From positions 20,956,001 to 21,020,000 of the forward strand of contig NC_045138.2 of NCBI RefSeq assembly GCF_008831285.2: 64,000 bases of DNA. The letters run 5' to 3'. The translations under genes and the position numbers were made by a program. Below the pieces are notes generated by a model. That model did no database searches and had not been told where the DNA came from. It saw only the letters and a list, made by a program, of their open reading frames with translations. The stretch comes from Nymphaea colorata. Lineage: Eukaryota. Position 1 is the first letter of the stretch, and every line of letters begins with the position of its first letter. This document shows, one piece after another, positions 39,346 to 53,171 of the stretch.

Positions 39346-40979
39346 CTTCAACATTGATTGCCTTCAAAAGTATGAAGTGAAAAAAGGGTATGGGTTCTTT
39401 CTTTCAGCTTAGACATTTCTTACGTATTTTGATGTTTGTTTCATTCATTGGCGAGAAAAATTTTCAAAGACAACATTTTCCGGTCAATTTAAGCTGAAAC
39501 AAACGAATTCCTACCTTAAATGGATAATGGAAGACTTGTTATTCAACAGTATAACATGCCTTATATGCCCGTGTCAACCAAATCAATATCAAAAGACTTC
39601 TTTCTATTATTTCTATATGAAAAGATCCATTAGAAATTTTAGTTTGGCACCTATAAATATTTTAAATGCAATTGACCCTTGCGTTTTATCAAAACGATAA
39701 TACTTATTCGTGTCGTTTGTCATGACCGGTCCCCCAAAGGAAAAACTTTAGCTCAACTGCTGCCCCTACATTGAAAGTATCTGATTTAACTTCTTAAACA
39801 AGTGGTGGAGTCTTCCTGGATAAAATGGGTAGAGTTCAGGTCGACTATAAAAACCGAATTGAAAATCTAGAAATTTTTTTCCTAGTGAAGGGCACCTAAA
39901 AGTTTTTCAATGACGCCAAACACGTTTACCATTGAATTGCAAACTTCCCTTAGATATTTAAGATAAGATAACCAGAGCCCATTTCTTGATACTGTGAGTG
40001 CATTGTTTGAGGCAAAAGCTCTTGTAAATTATGTTCACGTCGAACTCTTCTTCGTTTTTATGTTCTTTGTAAAGTGTTTGACGATATCAAAATTGATGAT
40101 AGTATTGATACAGAGCTGACTATCACTTCTTTTTTGCAAAGCCGTATGATTTCGCCTCAAGTGGAGGGGAAGTCTTCCTGGGCTTCTACTCCCAATTTTC
40201 CACACATCTTTCGAGTTTTTCAGAAGAAGAGAGGACTTTTTGCCCCGCCCATCAAACATGTACCTCAAATCCATTTTTGGAATGAATCGTGAGCCTCACC
40301 TATTGTGGCCGGCCCCGACCCCACCCATTTTACACCTCATCGCCGTCGACAATAACGGCGATCATGCATGTGGTGGTGAGCCAACATTGGCAGCCTCGAC
40401 ACGGGGTTCAATCTTCGTATCGAAACTTTCTCTCTCTCTCTCTCTTGCGGAGACAAAAACAACTCAGTGAGGCTCATGTCATTTGCTGGCATCACAGCAA
40501 GGCCACGGTCATCCCTCTCTCCCTCTCTCTTGGACTGGCAGGTGAGGAAGAAACAGAAGCTATACTTTCCTCAGTCTCCGCTTTAACCCTCTCCTTGCAT
40601 GTGAAAAGTTTTAAGCAGACTCATCTCTTTCGGTAAAATTTTAAGCAGGCTCATCTCTTTCGTAGCCTTTCCTTCTTTAGTGGTCAACGTTGGTACTCCT
40701 GATTCTACTGCTGCCGCTCGGTAGAAATCCTTCTCCGGTTAAAAGGAAAGACACCGGTTCTGGCGTTGCTTCATCCTTCATATTTGGTCTCCTGCTGTGA
40801 TTGTCTTGAGGACCACTTCGATTGGACAGTCTGCAAGTGATTTTGTACGTGGGAATCTCGATTTTCTTCCCAAAATTGGATTGATTGGCTTTCTAGTTTG
40901 AGGGGTTGGTGGAATCATGGGTTTGTGAAATGGGATCTCGGGTGGTTGTATGGTGATAAAACGGAGGAGCAAATGAACC

Positions 40980-43900
40980 ATGACTCTGCTGCTCAGAGTC
41001 GGTTCTGTGTTGAATGCGAGTAATCTGAAAGGGTTTCTTCTTGCGGTCGTTTCGAGTGCTTTCATTGGATCGAGTTTCATTTTGAAAAAGAAGGGGCTTA
41101 AGCGGGCGGGAGCATACGGCGAACGTGCAGGTAAAATGCGACCTACCCAATTCATTTTCCTCCTCTTTTCTTGGGATTGACGTCTTCAGTATTTTATTGA
41201 AAAGATTATTGTTTCTTTGGCTTAAGGTTCTGGAGGATATGGTTATCTGTTAGAACCCCTTTGGTGGGTGGGAATGATATCGAGTAAGATTTATTGAAAT
41301 GCAGTACTTCCTGCTCGACTTTTAGATTTTTTTTTTCTAAAATTTTTCGCCGATGTACAAGCTTAAGTTTCTTAACTGATATAATTAGTGATCGCTGGAG
41401 AGATCGCGAACTTTGTGGCGTACATTTTTGCCCCAGCTGTTCTAGTAACGCCTTTAGGAGCATTGAGCATAATTGTCAGGCAAGTATGTTGTAAGCGTTG
41501 CTTGAGTAGAGTTTCTTCGCTCGGATTAATTTGCAACTTAATTCTGAGATCCGGATCGATCATGTCTTCACACCTCCTCTTGCTACTTGTGACATTGTTA
41601 CTGCATGCAGTGCTGTTCTAGCTCATTTTATGCTGAACGAGAGGTTGCAGAAGATGGGCATGCTTGGTTGCCTACTTTGCATAGTAGGTTCAACAGTGAT
41701 CGTGCTCCATGCACCTTCGGAGCATAGCTTGACTTCGGTGTTAGAGATCTGGAGTTTGGCAACTCAGCCTGGTAAATAATGTTCTTTATATATTCTTTCT
41801 GGATGTCAATATCTTACTTCTGCCTTTGTTAATGCGCCATTGTCCTACTTCATGATCGACTTATTCTCATGCTTTTACGTTTTTACTTCTTGTCCACATT
41901 CCAGCATTTCTTCTTTATACAGCATCGGCAGTCGTGACATCGTTGGTTTTGATGTTACATTGTGGCCCTCGATATGGACAGACAAATATAATGGTGTACT
42001 TGGCCATATGTTCTCTATTTGGCTCATTAACGGTAATTTCTACTGTATTTGAGCTTATGCTTGTTTTGTTCGACTATTGTGTTATTGAATCTATATAATT
42101 AAAAACATTATGATTACATCACAGAAGTTTCTATTATTGTTCCATTACAAACCACTAATTACATATTCATTGTATTATCTGAAGGTAATGAGCATCAAAG
42201 CTATTGGAATTGCTATCAAACTCACAGTGGAAGGTACAAACCAGGCCGTGTATCCTGAGACATGGATTTTTGCTATGGTTGCAGTGACATGCATTGTGAT
42301 TCAGTTGAATTATCTGAACATGGTGAGTGGAATGTTATCGTCTTATACAGTTCAATGATTCTATGAAGCAAGACTTGTTTATGGCTAACTAGTTAACTGT
42401 CTGACCTTCCACATGTGCAATTAACTCAAACATATTTTGGGAGTACAGTGACATTCTCTAAATGTCCCTTGAGTAAATTGGTTTACTATCAAAGTATCAA
42501 TTATTACTAAGTCTATGACCACTTTTTTTTGGTAATAGCTCCTGGAGTTGTAGTTTACCTTGTAAGGTACATACCCTTTGACCTTTTGAATGACTGTGAA
42601 TCTGTTCATAATATCCTGTGCACGATTTATTCGATATTTCCATGCGTATTGTTCTGTGTTATTAAGATAAATAAGCTTTTACCTAGGGTGATTAATCACG
42701 TTATTGGTTTCTCTGAGGAGCAAAAACGTCAACACTATTATGGTCTGATGCACCAACAGATGTAGCACATTGTGGGAGAACCTCTTCAAAGCACAAAATA
42801 TTACTGAAGTTATGAACTCTTTACTGATCTCATGTTTGTTAGGAGTTTTAGATTTCAGATTTGTCCAAGGACCAAACCCACTTTTGAACAATATTTATTA
42901 ACTTCCTCTTGTTGGAATCATGCATATTTTTGGTATACATTTGAGTGTCCAAATGACTCTTTTGATGCAAAAGCTTTTCCTCTTTGAACTCAAAAGGCTT
43001 GATTTTTCCCCTGGTGATGGCAAACACAAGTACTGCCACTTAGGTAGTTAACCATTCATATCCTAGTACCTCCTTCATGTTTGTTTCTCAGAATTCCTTT
43101 TTCTTTGAACTCAAGAAAATTTTTCATCAGTTCATTCTCATGTTCAAATCGTAAGTGGCAACTAGGCTATGATGGATCTTGAGGGGCCATAGCATGAGAT
43201 TTAGGTTGCTCATATGACAGTTATCTGCAGAAAAGATTTATAGGATAAATCTTAGTGCTACAGCCAGCACAGAGAGATGAACTTTGTCCTGCGGTCAGGA
43301 ATATAGCAAGCAACTTGGACTTGATCATGTAGAATGGTGCACTGGGGCATATATAGCTACCATGTTCGTTTTTTACAGTGTCAACTTTCAGACATGAGAT
43401 CTTTTGAATCTCAATTGCTAAAACATCCATTTTAATAGTGACTTGAAAATGCAACTGCACATTATGTCATATTGGCATGTAAGTTAGTAACCAATCTAGA
43501 GGCAAAATTGTTTATTTTGTAGACCTGCATAGTCTCAGTAGTGAGGGATTCTTTTGAGAAAATACAATAAGGAAGATTATTGCCATTTGCAAATAAGCTT
43601 CTTTCTCAGATTTATGTCATATGCATATAAGGCCATCTATCCACTTTTGTATTTAGATAAGATTGCTATTACATGCGATATTAGTTTGCTCTAGACTCTA
43701 GAAGTTGTAGGAGGGAGGCAAGAAAAATGTTTGGAATACCTAACTATTTTGCCATACCAAGGTATTGGCATTGCATAACAAGTTTGTTGTGAACCTGCTA
43801 GGATAAGCAAGGCTTCTTGATGGTAGAATTATAGGTTCTTCAATTCAGACGAATAATAGGTTCTTCAGTTCAGATGAATATCAGGTTTAGATCCCCTTAG

Positions 43901-46900
43901 GGAATCCAAATATCAATCCAAAGGAAAAAGTTATATAAAAAACAAGAATTTAAGGGTTGCTGTCCACTTATATAAAAGACAAAACCGATCAACTGACAGT
44001 GGCTTCATGCTGTAATAGATGGAGCCAAAAGTGTGATATCATGCCCTGCAACTGTGCTTCCTGTTGCAATGTTCTGAAAGTATTGCCAAAATGAAAATGT
44101 TGTAAACATATTGCAATAGTTGCATGAGGTTTGTTTGAAAAATCATTTAGTATATTCTAATTTTTTCACATTTTAATAACCATTTTCTTTTTTTCTCAAT
44201 AAATTTTTTTACAAAATTAAAAGAAACTCATACCTTCGTAGCTGTTCTATTATTCTTATGCATTTTTTGTTTGTTTAGTTCCCAAGATTTTTCTCGAGAG
44301 AAAAAAAAATTCAATTAGTAACCAAGAAAAACATCACGTATAAAGACCTAGGAATTATATTTGTGACAATGCTCTAATGCTTTGACCCCATATTGTTGTT
44401 GTTGGAGGCAGTTGAAGTAATCATGACCTATAATATTTTGTGTATTTTCCTTGGACATTTATTGATGTTGTGTGGTAAAAGATTTGGGAACATGTAAATT
44501 CTAGGTTTCCATACTGGCAGTCATAAAATAACATTTGGTGCAGTTGTTGCTCTCCAGAAGTATTAAGTTGATCAAATCCTTTTCTTTTTTTTTTTGGTGA
44601 TAGTGTTTGGATATATCTACTTTATGTCATGTTATGTTGAAAATTGAGATTCTGTTAAAGAGTCTCTGCCAACGGAGATATTAATTTAACAAACTGAAGT
44701 GGAACTGTCACGATACACTATATGCATTGACGCTGAAGCTTTTCCTTTCATTCTTTTTTTTTTTAAACAATCTTCCGAGAATGGGAGTTTCTTCAGAAGA
44801 ACTGAAATGCTGGCCCTTATTAGATAGTCTCATAAGAGATCGCATAAATTATTTGGTAAATTTTATTGTGGATATATACACGTGTGCTTTCTTGTCTCTT
44901 TTCATATACAGACAAGTATTTATACCTTAACTCATTGTGTAAGAAGTAAAAGTTGAAATCTCCTGGAATTTGAGAGATGGTATCCCAATACTGATTACCA
45001 GTGACCTTGCTTGACCAAATTGTCTGATATTTAATCCCTGTGCTTCTCAATCTAATGTACCTGAGCAGGGTGGGGAATGTGGTAACAAGATGTTCTAAAT
45101 TTCTAAACCTTTGTTGGTTGTGGAAATTTGGCAGGCACTTGATACATTCAATGCTGCAACCGTATCGCCAATCTATTACGCAATGTTCACAATTCTTACC
45201 ATTGTAGCAAGTTCCATAATGTTCAAGGTATCCATCAATATATTTTTTTTTCATGCTCTCATAGTTTTATTTGTTAGTATGTTGATATTCTTTCTCATTC
45301 TCTTACAAAATTTTTCGGGGGTTGGGAATTGTTTTTCTTGGGCATCACCTAGGACTGGTCTGGCCAAAGTGCAAGCAGTATAGCATCTGAGATTTGTGGA
45401 ATGATCACGGTGCTTTCTGGGACTACAATATTGCATACTACAAAAGAACCTGAACCACCTCAAAAAGCAGGCAAGTGCAACTACCCTTTTTCATATAAAA
45501 ACTTTTGTTATGAATGCATACTTTTTTTACTGGCGATATGGTGATGAATGTTTGTTATGTTTAAATGTTGTTTTAGATAGCATACCACACTCGTAACTAG
45601 AGTGTACAACTTAAGCACTCTTGGCAGATCAAACAGAAGTTTAGATTTTTGCCTGTAGAATTTGTTGTAGTTTAACTTTTCTGTTTTACCCTCTAAAGGA
45701 AAAGTATGAACTACTTGTTTAATTGTACTTTTTTTAAATAAATAAACTTGATTAGTTACCAATTTAGCTTTCTCTGATGATTTAAATTTTCTAGGCTTCA
45801 TGAACTGGTATAGTGGACGTTGTAGAAATAGCTTTCAGGAAACACAAAGTCAACTTGACATAAAGAACTTGATAAACAATACTGAAGAATGAAGAAGAAT
45901 CATGTGCAAGTGAAATAAAGCACAAAACATGAAAGGGTAATTGTTATCAGAGGCCACAGGGCAAGCTCCAACAGCTAATAATGTTTGCCATTGGATAGCG
46001 TAGTCCCAGTCAACGGCTAAACTGACCAGTGAGATAAAAAGTGGAAAATATAAAATAACAGAAAAAGAACAGAAAAATCACATTTTTAATCTATCTTTAC
46101 AATGTGCCTACATAATATTTCTAACATCCTTTAGCAAACTTATGATTTTACAATCAAATGTTTGCCAAGGAAAAAAAAAAATGAAACATCGGAGAGGTCA
46201 AGGCTTTGGTAAAGATCTCGACCAGCTGAAGTTATGAAGTAACATAAGCAAGATCAATATTCTTCTTCGAGTATTCTTCTCTAGCATGATGACAGTCCAT
46301 CTCAATATGTTTGGACTTTAGTCCTCTCATGAAAAGTATGGATACTGGCAATTTATATTGCACTTTTGTTGTTACAACATACTTCGTACGAACTTGTAAA
46401 TCATTCATCAGATAATGAATCAAGTGTTTCAGTCACACAATGTCCATTGTAGTGGCAGATGTTTCTCTTACTTTGCTTCTATAAAGGGAAGGAATTTTTT
46501 GTTGCTTTTTGCGCTTCCAAGATATCAAAAAATTACTTACACAAAACACAAAAATCTAGTTTTGAAGTGATGATTGTTGAAGAACTGTTTCCCTTTCCAA
46601 AGTCAGAGCTAGTAATGTAATAAATTCAAAGAAGATGGTGATAAAAATAATCATGTACATATTATTCCTTTAATATGCCTAATTATATGCATAACTACAC
46701 TTGTACATAAAAATGTGGGATTTAGTTGAAATTCAGTTGCCATATGTATGGCATGAGTAGTGTCTGACTGTTAGAATTTAAGGATTACCTCTAATGTAGG
46801 CATGCATATATGTTTTTATATGTACTCTACTATCATATATCTTAAACTCCGAGTAGGTTGATGTATGATTTGTATATATAAATATATGTATGTATACATA

Positions 46901-49900
46901 GGCCTTTTTGTATTTATTTTCCTTTTATTTTTCGTTTATTTTTTTATTTATTTTTGTTAGCAAAGGGAACTAGCTGTTGGCTGCTCCCAGCGGCTAGAAA
47001 TCTAGCCGTTGGAACTGCCCAACAGCTAGCTCCTTCTTCCTTCCTTTCTTTTATAAATAAGGGACTTGGGTCCCTTGCTTAGGATGGGCTTTAAGGCCTG
47101 ATTTTGGGTATTCTTTGAGATTGAGTACAAGTTTTTTATCTCTAGTTTGAGGTTTCTCCTTGTGAGATTTATTGGAGTGGTTTGTTGAATCAGAAAGTTT
47201 ATTGTAAGTGTAGTAGTTTTCTGATTATTTAAAAGTTGGAGTCCTGTTTTGTCTTTTTACAACTTTATGAGGCTTCCTTATATAACAGCTCTAGATGTGC
47301 CCTAACCTCTCTTTAAGTAGAGACTAGGGCACGATAATAAAAATATCTCTTTCACGTCTCTCTCTCTCTCTTCCACGTGCAACATGGTATCAGAGCCTCG
47401 TCTCCCTGGACCTGTCTGACTCCAGCTGCTGATCGTCTTCCCTCTCCTGCTTTCCTTCTCTCTTTTTCTTCCTCTTCATCTCTAGTATCCTGTCCAGATC
47501 TGTCGTGGGTAACAGTTTGCCCTAAGGGGCTGTATCTTATGGGAGATCAGGGATCTAATCACTGCCAAGACATGATCAGTAGTGATTAGATGCCCTAGAT
47601 CTGGTAGTTTCAAGGTCTGAAGATCGTTGGGGATATGAAGACACATGTTTCAAAGTAGTTGCAAGGTCTGAAGATCATTGGGGATATGAAGACACATGTT
47701 TCAAAGTTGTGGGTGATGGTTGCAGTCAAAGGCAGCCATTGCAGTCAAAGGCAGACTATTTTTTTAATGATCTCGTGGTTAATGGATGACTGATTTGTAT
47801 TCTTCAGAAGTTTACGTTGTGGATACTAGGGTTTGATGTTCTCTACCTCTAGTTATTTCTGTTATATAATTATGAAGTTGAAGACATGTCGTGGTTGAAG
47901 GTATGTAGTCTGGTAAAATCTGCATGAAGAAAGTCTGCACGTTTGCTTTTTTTTTTTTTCTCTGAAACTCCTGCTACAAAATACAGACAATAGGCAGATT
48001 GGTGAAGGAGGTTTGTGTCGTTTACTGTTTTGTTTGTTGAAGTCTTCGTGGAGAAGGGCAAGATTATTTTCTGTGGGTTATTGATGTGCATGCGATGTTG
48101 CTGATTTCTACTTTGTTTATCAGCTCCCTTGCATGACTGATTATAAATAGGACTGATTTCATGCGCCCTAACTGCTGCACAATTTTATTGTGGTATTCTT
48201 GTTCTTAATTCCTGTTGTGGTTCATTATGGTTGAGAGCAACAAACCAGAGGGTGGTAGTGATCATAAAGGAGCTGGAAATCCCTTCTCCTATGGATCTAC
48301 TGTGAAGTTAGATGGACACAACTATGAACTGTGGTCCAGGTCCTTTATGTTGTCAGTTAAAGGACATCGAAAGAGGCACATAATTGAAGAGGATGAACCT
48401 ATTGACAAGTCAGGGAAGTACATGACCTAGGAAGAGGACGACAACATAGTTATGTCTTGGATTATGAATAGCGTCCAACCACAAATTGCCTCTACTATTA
48501 CTTACTATACTACTGTTAAGGAGATGTAGGAATTCCTTAGGCAGACATATTCACAAGATAAAAATGTAAGTAAAATCCTCCAAGTTGAAGAAGAATTGCA
48601 CAATCTCCGACAGGAAATCAAGATGTATCACAATACTTTGCAACAGTTAAAGCTACGTATGAGCGACTGAAATTCTTGCGCCCTCCATGCAAATCTTGTT
48701 ATAAGTCACACTTTGAACCTACCATGGTTGCAAAGTTTCTTGCTTGTCTTTCTCCTAAGTATGCCGTTGCCAAAGATCAGATGCTCACTGGGAGTGAAAT
48801 TCCTGATCTCTCTGATGCATACAACAGACTTAGTCGCCTGACTATTAGCTTGTCCTAATCAGCTAATGTGATGCCAGCTTCTGCGCTTGCTGTGGGGGGT
48901 GGTTGTGGTCAGGGCACCACCTATAGTGCCAGAGGAAGAGGTATAGGTCGTGGAACTGGTGGTCGTGGGAGGTTCCAATGCACCTATTGTGGAAAGATAG
49001 GACACTTGGAGGATCGTTGTTGGGATAAACATGGTCGTCCATCCTCTATGTCACAGGGGAGAGGTATGGTCACCAAACAAGGCAAGAGTCTTACTCTTCC
49101 TCCCATGGGTTCTACACAGGTTGCCACTCCTGCTGTGGATGGCCCGTCGTCTAGCACAGTATCAGAGACAATTACAGTTAGCAGTGACAGATTTGAGTAT
49201 GAACAGTTTTTGACACACAAAGCCTCACAGGCTTCAGCTTCCATAGCTTTGACTGATCGAGCCTTCTCAGCGGATACGTCCACGTCTGAATCAGGTATCT
49301 CTTGGATTATTGACTCGGGAGCATCGAGACATTTTTGCAGTAGACCTGGTTCTTTTACTATTTTACATAGATTCTCTCAGCCACGTCATGTCAAAATTGC
49401 AGATGGTAGAATGTCACCCATATTGGGTTATGGAGATGTGAAGCTTTCTCAATCCATGACTATTCCACATGTTTTATATGCTCCTGAATTTCCATCTCAT
49501 TTGCTCTTTGTCAAACAGTTGACTACTGATTTACACTATCGCATTATTTTTGACCCTGGTTCATGTTCATTTCAGGACTTACAAATTGGGAAGACGATTG
49601 GTGGCGGCTATGAGAAAGGGGGCGTCGACATCCTGTCGGTTCCTATGGGTCTTGCTGCTACCTCCTCTACATTAGAGTCTACATTCTTCCAATGGCATCT
49701 CAGGCTTGGTCATCCTTCAACGCCCAAGCTCCGTTCTATCTTACCTAATGTCTCAGTTCCAGATTCTTTTCAATGTGAGGCTTGTCAACTTGGCAAGCAC
49801 ACTCGTAGTAGTTTTCCTTCGAGTCTTAGTCCTTCGAGTCAAGGGTTGTTTGATCTTCTCCATGTTGATGTGTGGGGGCCTAGCAGGGTTACTAGCCAAG

Positions 49901-52900
49901 CTAAGTTTAGGTATTTTATGGTCGTTGTTGATGATTACTCTCGAGTCAGTTGGGTGTTCCTTTTAAAGGAAAGGTCTGAAGCAGTTTGCATTCTCAAAAA
50001 CTTGATTATTGAAATAAAAACTCAGTTTGATTCCGTTGTTAAGTGTATTCGCACTGATAATGCTCTCGAGTTCAAATCATCTATCTTAATGACCTTTTAT
50101 GCTGAAAATGGTATCTCTCCTCAATTTACATGCACTCATACCTCACAACAGAATGGAGTTGCCGAACGAAAACATAGGTAACTTCTAACTGTTGCTCGTA
50201 CCTTAATGTTTCATAATCATGTACCTGCATACTTGTGAGGTGATGCCATACTCATGGCTTGTTACCTAACAAATCGTTTACCTTCATCCTCCATTGAAAA
50301 CAAAGTACCCATTAAACTTGTTTATTCCAATCGAAGCTTATTTCTTGTTGCACCTAAAGTTTTTGGGTGTACCTGTTTTGTTCATATTCTTGGGTCTAAA
50401 CGTGATAAACTTTCTGCGCAAGCCATTAAATGTGTGTTCGTTGGCTATCCTAAAAACCAAAAAGGATACAAGTGCTTTGACCCTATAACTCAAAAAGAGT
50501 ATATCAGTGCGGATGTCACTTTTTTTGAGTCTCAGTCCTACTTTAGTCCTACTTCAGTGTCGTCTGAGATGCCATGTTGTATTCCTCTACCTATTCCTCC
50601 TATCCCGTTGCAATCTTTTCCTTCACCATTTCCTTCTCCCACTTCGACTATGAATAGGTTCCACGACCCTCCATTGGTCTACACTCGGCGACAGGATCCC
50701 TCTCATGGTCGACCATCAGACTCTCCTCAGGATGTGAGCTCCACTGAAGTAAGTATACCTGATGTTGATCATTCACAGGACTTGACAGTGTACCATGCAT
50801 CCTATCTCTCACTTTGTTTTCATTGACCATCTTGATGACAACTTACAACAGTTTCTTAAGGCTATGTCAGTCTATACTGTACCAACTGGTCATCAACAGT
50901 CTTTAGTAGACTGTAAATGGCGGAAAGCTATGTAAGATGAGATGGATGCTCTCGTACAACATCATACTTGGGAATTGGTTGATCTACCTGAAAATTGTGA
51001 CATTGTTGGCTCCAAATGGGTATTTACGGTCAAGTATCATTCAGATGGGTCAGTAGAGCGATATAAGGCTCGATTAGTGACTAAGGGTTACACTCAGTCA
51101 TACGATGACTTTTTTGAGACGTTCTCTCCTGTGGCTAGGTTGGGCACTATTCGCCTCATTATTTCTGTTGCAGTACACTCTGATTGGCCTATGTATCAGC
51201 TTGATGTGAAGAATGTCTTTCTTTATAATGATCTTGAGGAGACTGTATATATGCAGCAACCCCCAGGGTTTGAGCGACAGAGGGAGTGTAGTAAAGTGTG
51301 TCGTTTGAAGAAGGCGACTTATGGACTCAAACAAAGTCCCAGGGCATGGTTCCACAAATTATCAGAGGTGGTTTCACAATGTGGATTTGAAAGATCTCTT
51401 TTGGATCATTCTCTATTCATCAGGAAGACCTCCAAAGGTATAGTTGTTATGGTAGTATATGTTGATGACATTATCTTGACAGGTGATTGTGATCAAGAAA
51501 TCTCAGCTACAAAGGCTTTCCTTCAAAAGCATTTTGTCACGAAAGATCTTGGTCACTTGCGATATTTTCTTGGGATTGAGGTTGCGCAGAACAAAAAAGG
51601 TATAGTATTGTCTTGGAGGAAGTATGTCCTTGACCTACTCCAGGATACAGGGATGTTAGGAACCAAGCCAGCTAATCTCCCTATGAATCCACGTCTTCAT
51701 CTTCATGATAATCAATTGAATCTAGTAGATTCACGATCTTATAGGTCTCTCATTGGCAAATTTCTTTATGTTACTGTAACAAGACCAGACATTAGCTTTG
51801 CTGTTGGGAAATTAAGTCAGTTTATGGAAAAACCTAGAAGAGTCCACTGGGATGTTGCGTTGATGGTGTTGAAATACCTAAAGTCATCCCCGGGCAGAGG
51901 CCTCTTCTTTAAGAAAAGTGAATCTCTAGAAGTTGTAGCTTACAGTGATGCTGATTATGCAGGGTCTGTTGATGATAGAAAATCCACCACTGGCTTCTGT
52001 ATCTTTGTTGGGGGCAATCTCATATCATGGAGAAGTAAGAAACAAAATGTAGTCTCTAGATCCAGTGCGGAGTCTGAATATAGAGCAATGGCTCAAACAG
52101 CTACTGAGTTGACGTGGGTTAAATCTGTGCTAACAAATATGAATATTCATGTTCCTCTTCCTATGAAAATGTACTGCGATAACAAGGCTGCTACTTATAT
52201 TGCAAACAACCCAGTATTTCATGAAAGAACTGTTGAATTAGAAGAGTTTATGTTTCTAGGTGGTTCTTTACAATATCTAATAGTTAGGAGGTCTGTTTAA
52301 ACATTTCTCTATTTTCTGTTGATGTACTTTGTAAATCTCTCTTCAACCCTAATCTCTTTATTATGGAGATTAGGGTTAGTGAATGAGGTTACGTTTTCTC
52401 TCTCTAAGGCTGCCGGCTGTTACATGGTATCAGAGCCGGTGATCTCCACCCTTCTCCGCCGGTGGCTATCGTGATTTTCCGGCGACCCCTTCTCCTCTTC
52501 CTCTCCCATCTCTTCCCACTTCTTCTCTTCCTCTATCCCTCCTTTCTCTCTTCTCTCTGCTGATCGAAAGATAGTGAAGCAGTGTGAAAGGGGAACCTAA
52601 TCACATGTGAGAGGTATTTGTGATTAGGTCCCCAATGTGGATGTAGTGGAGCGTAAGCAACTGCGTGGGAGTTGCAGTGGAAAGTTGTAAGTCAGATCTA
52701 GCTTCATGGATGAATAGCAGCACATGGACTCCATTATTATTCAGATCTAGGCTCATGGGAAGCGTAGCTGCATGTGGATTTAGTTCAGATCTGGGCTCGT
52801 GGAAGATTAAATGCACGTGAACCATATTCTTATCATATTTTTGATGACTGTGGAAAAGTGGCTGCAAGTGGAGTAGCTGCACATTGGGTATATTTTTTTA

Positions 52901-53112
52901 TCAGATTGAATGTCTGTTTTATAATCTGGTGGACTGATTTGGAACAACAAAGTTTTTTTATATGCATATGTGGATATGTAGAAGCCTGGTGGACTGTTTT
53001 GAACAAGAAGTTCGTATATTCTTGTTCATTTATTGATTGCTGTGATTGGTGGAGTGATTTACTGAGCGGCAAGTTCACAGAAATTCTTTTTAAGGACTGC
53101 TTTTGGTGCAAG

Positions 53113-53171
<59 letters not shown>

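Noticed and set aside
48868..52300. Long ORFs (437 aa, 190 aa, 452 aa) as host genes or an active element
   Set aside because: They are fragments of the Copia A polyprotein separated by stops and frameshifts. The 452-aa ORF ends inside B's LTR.
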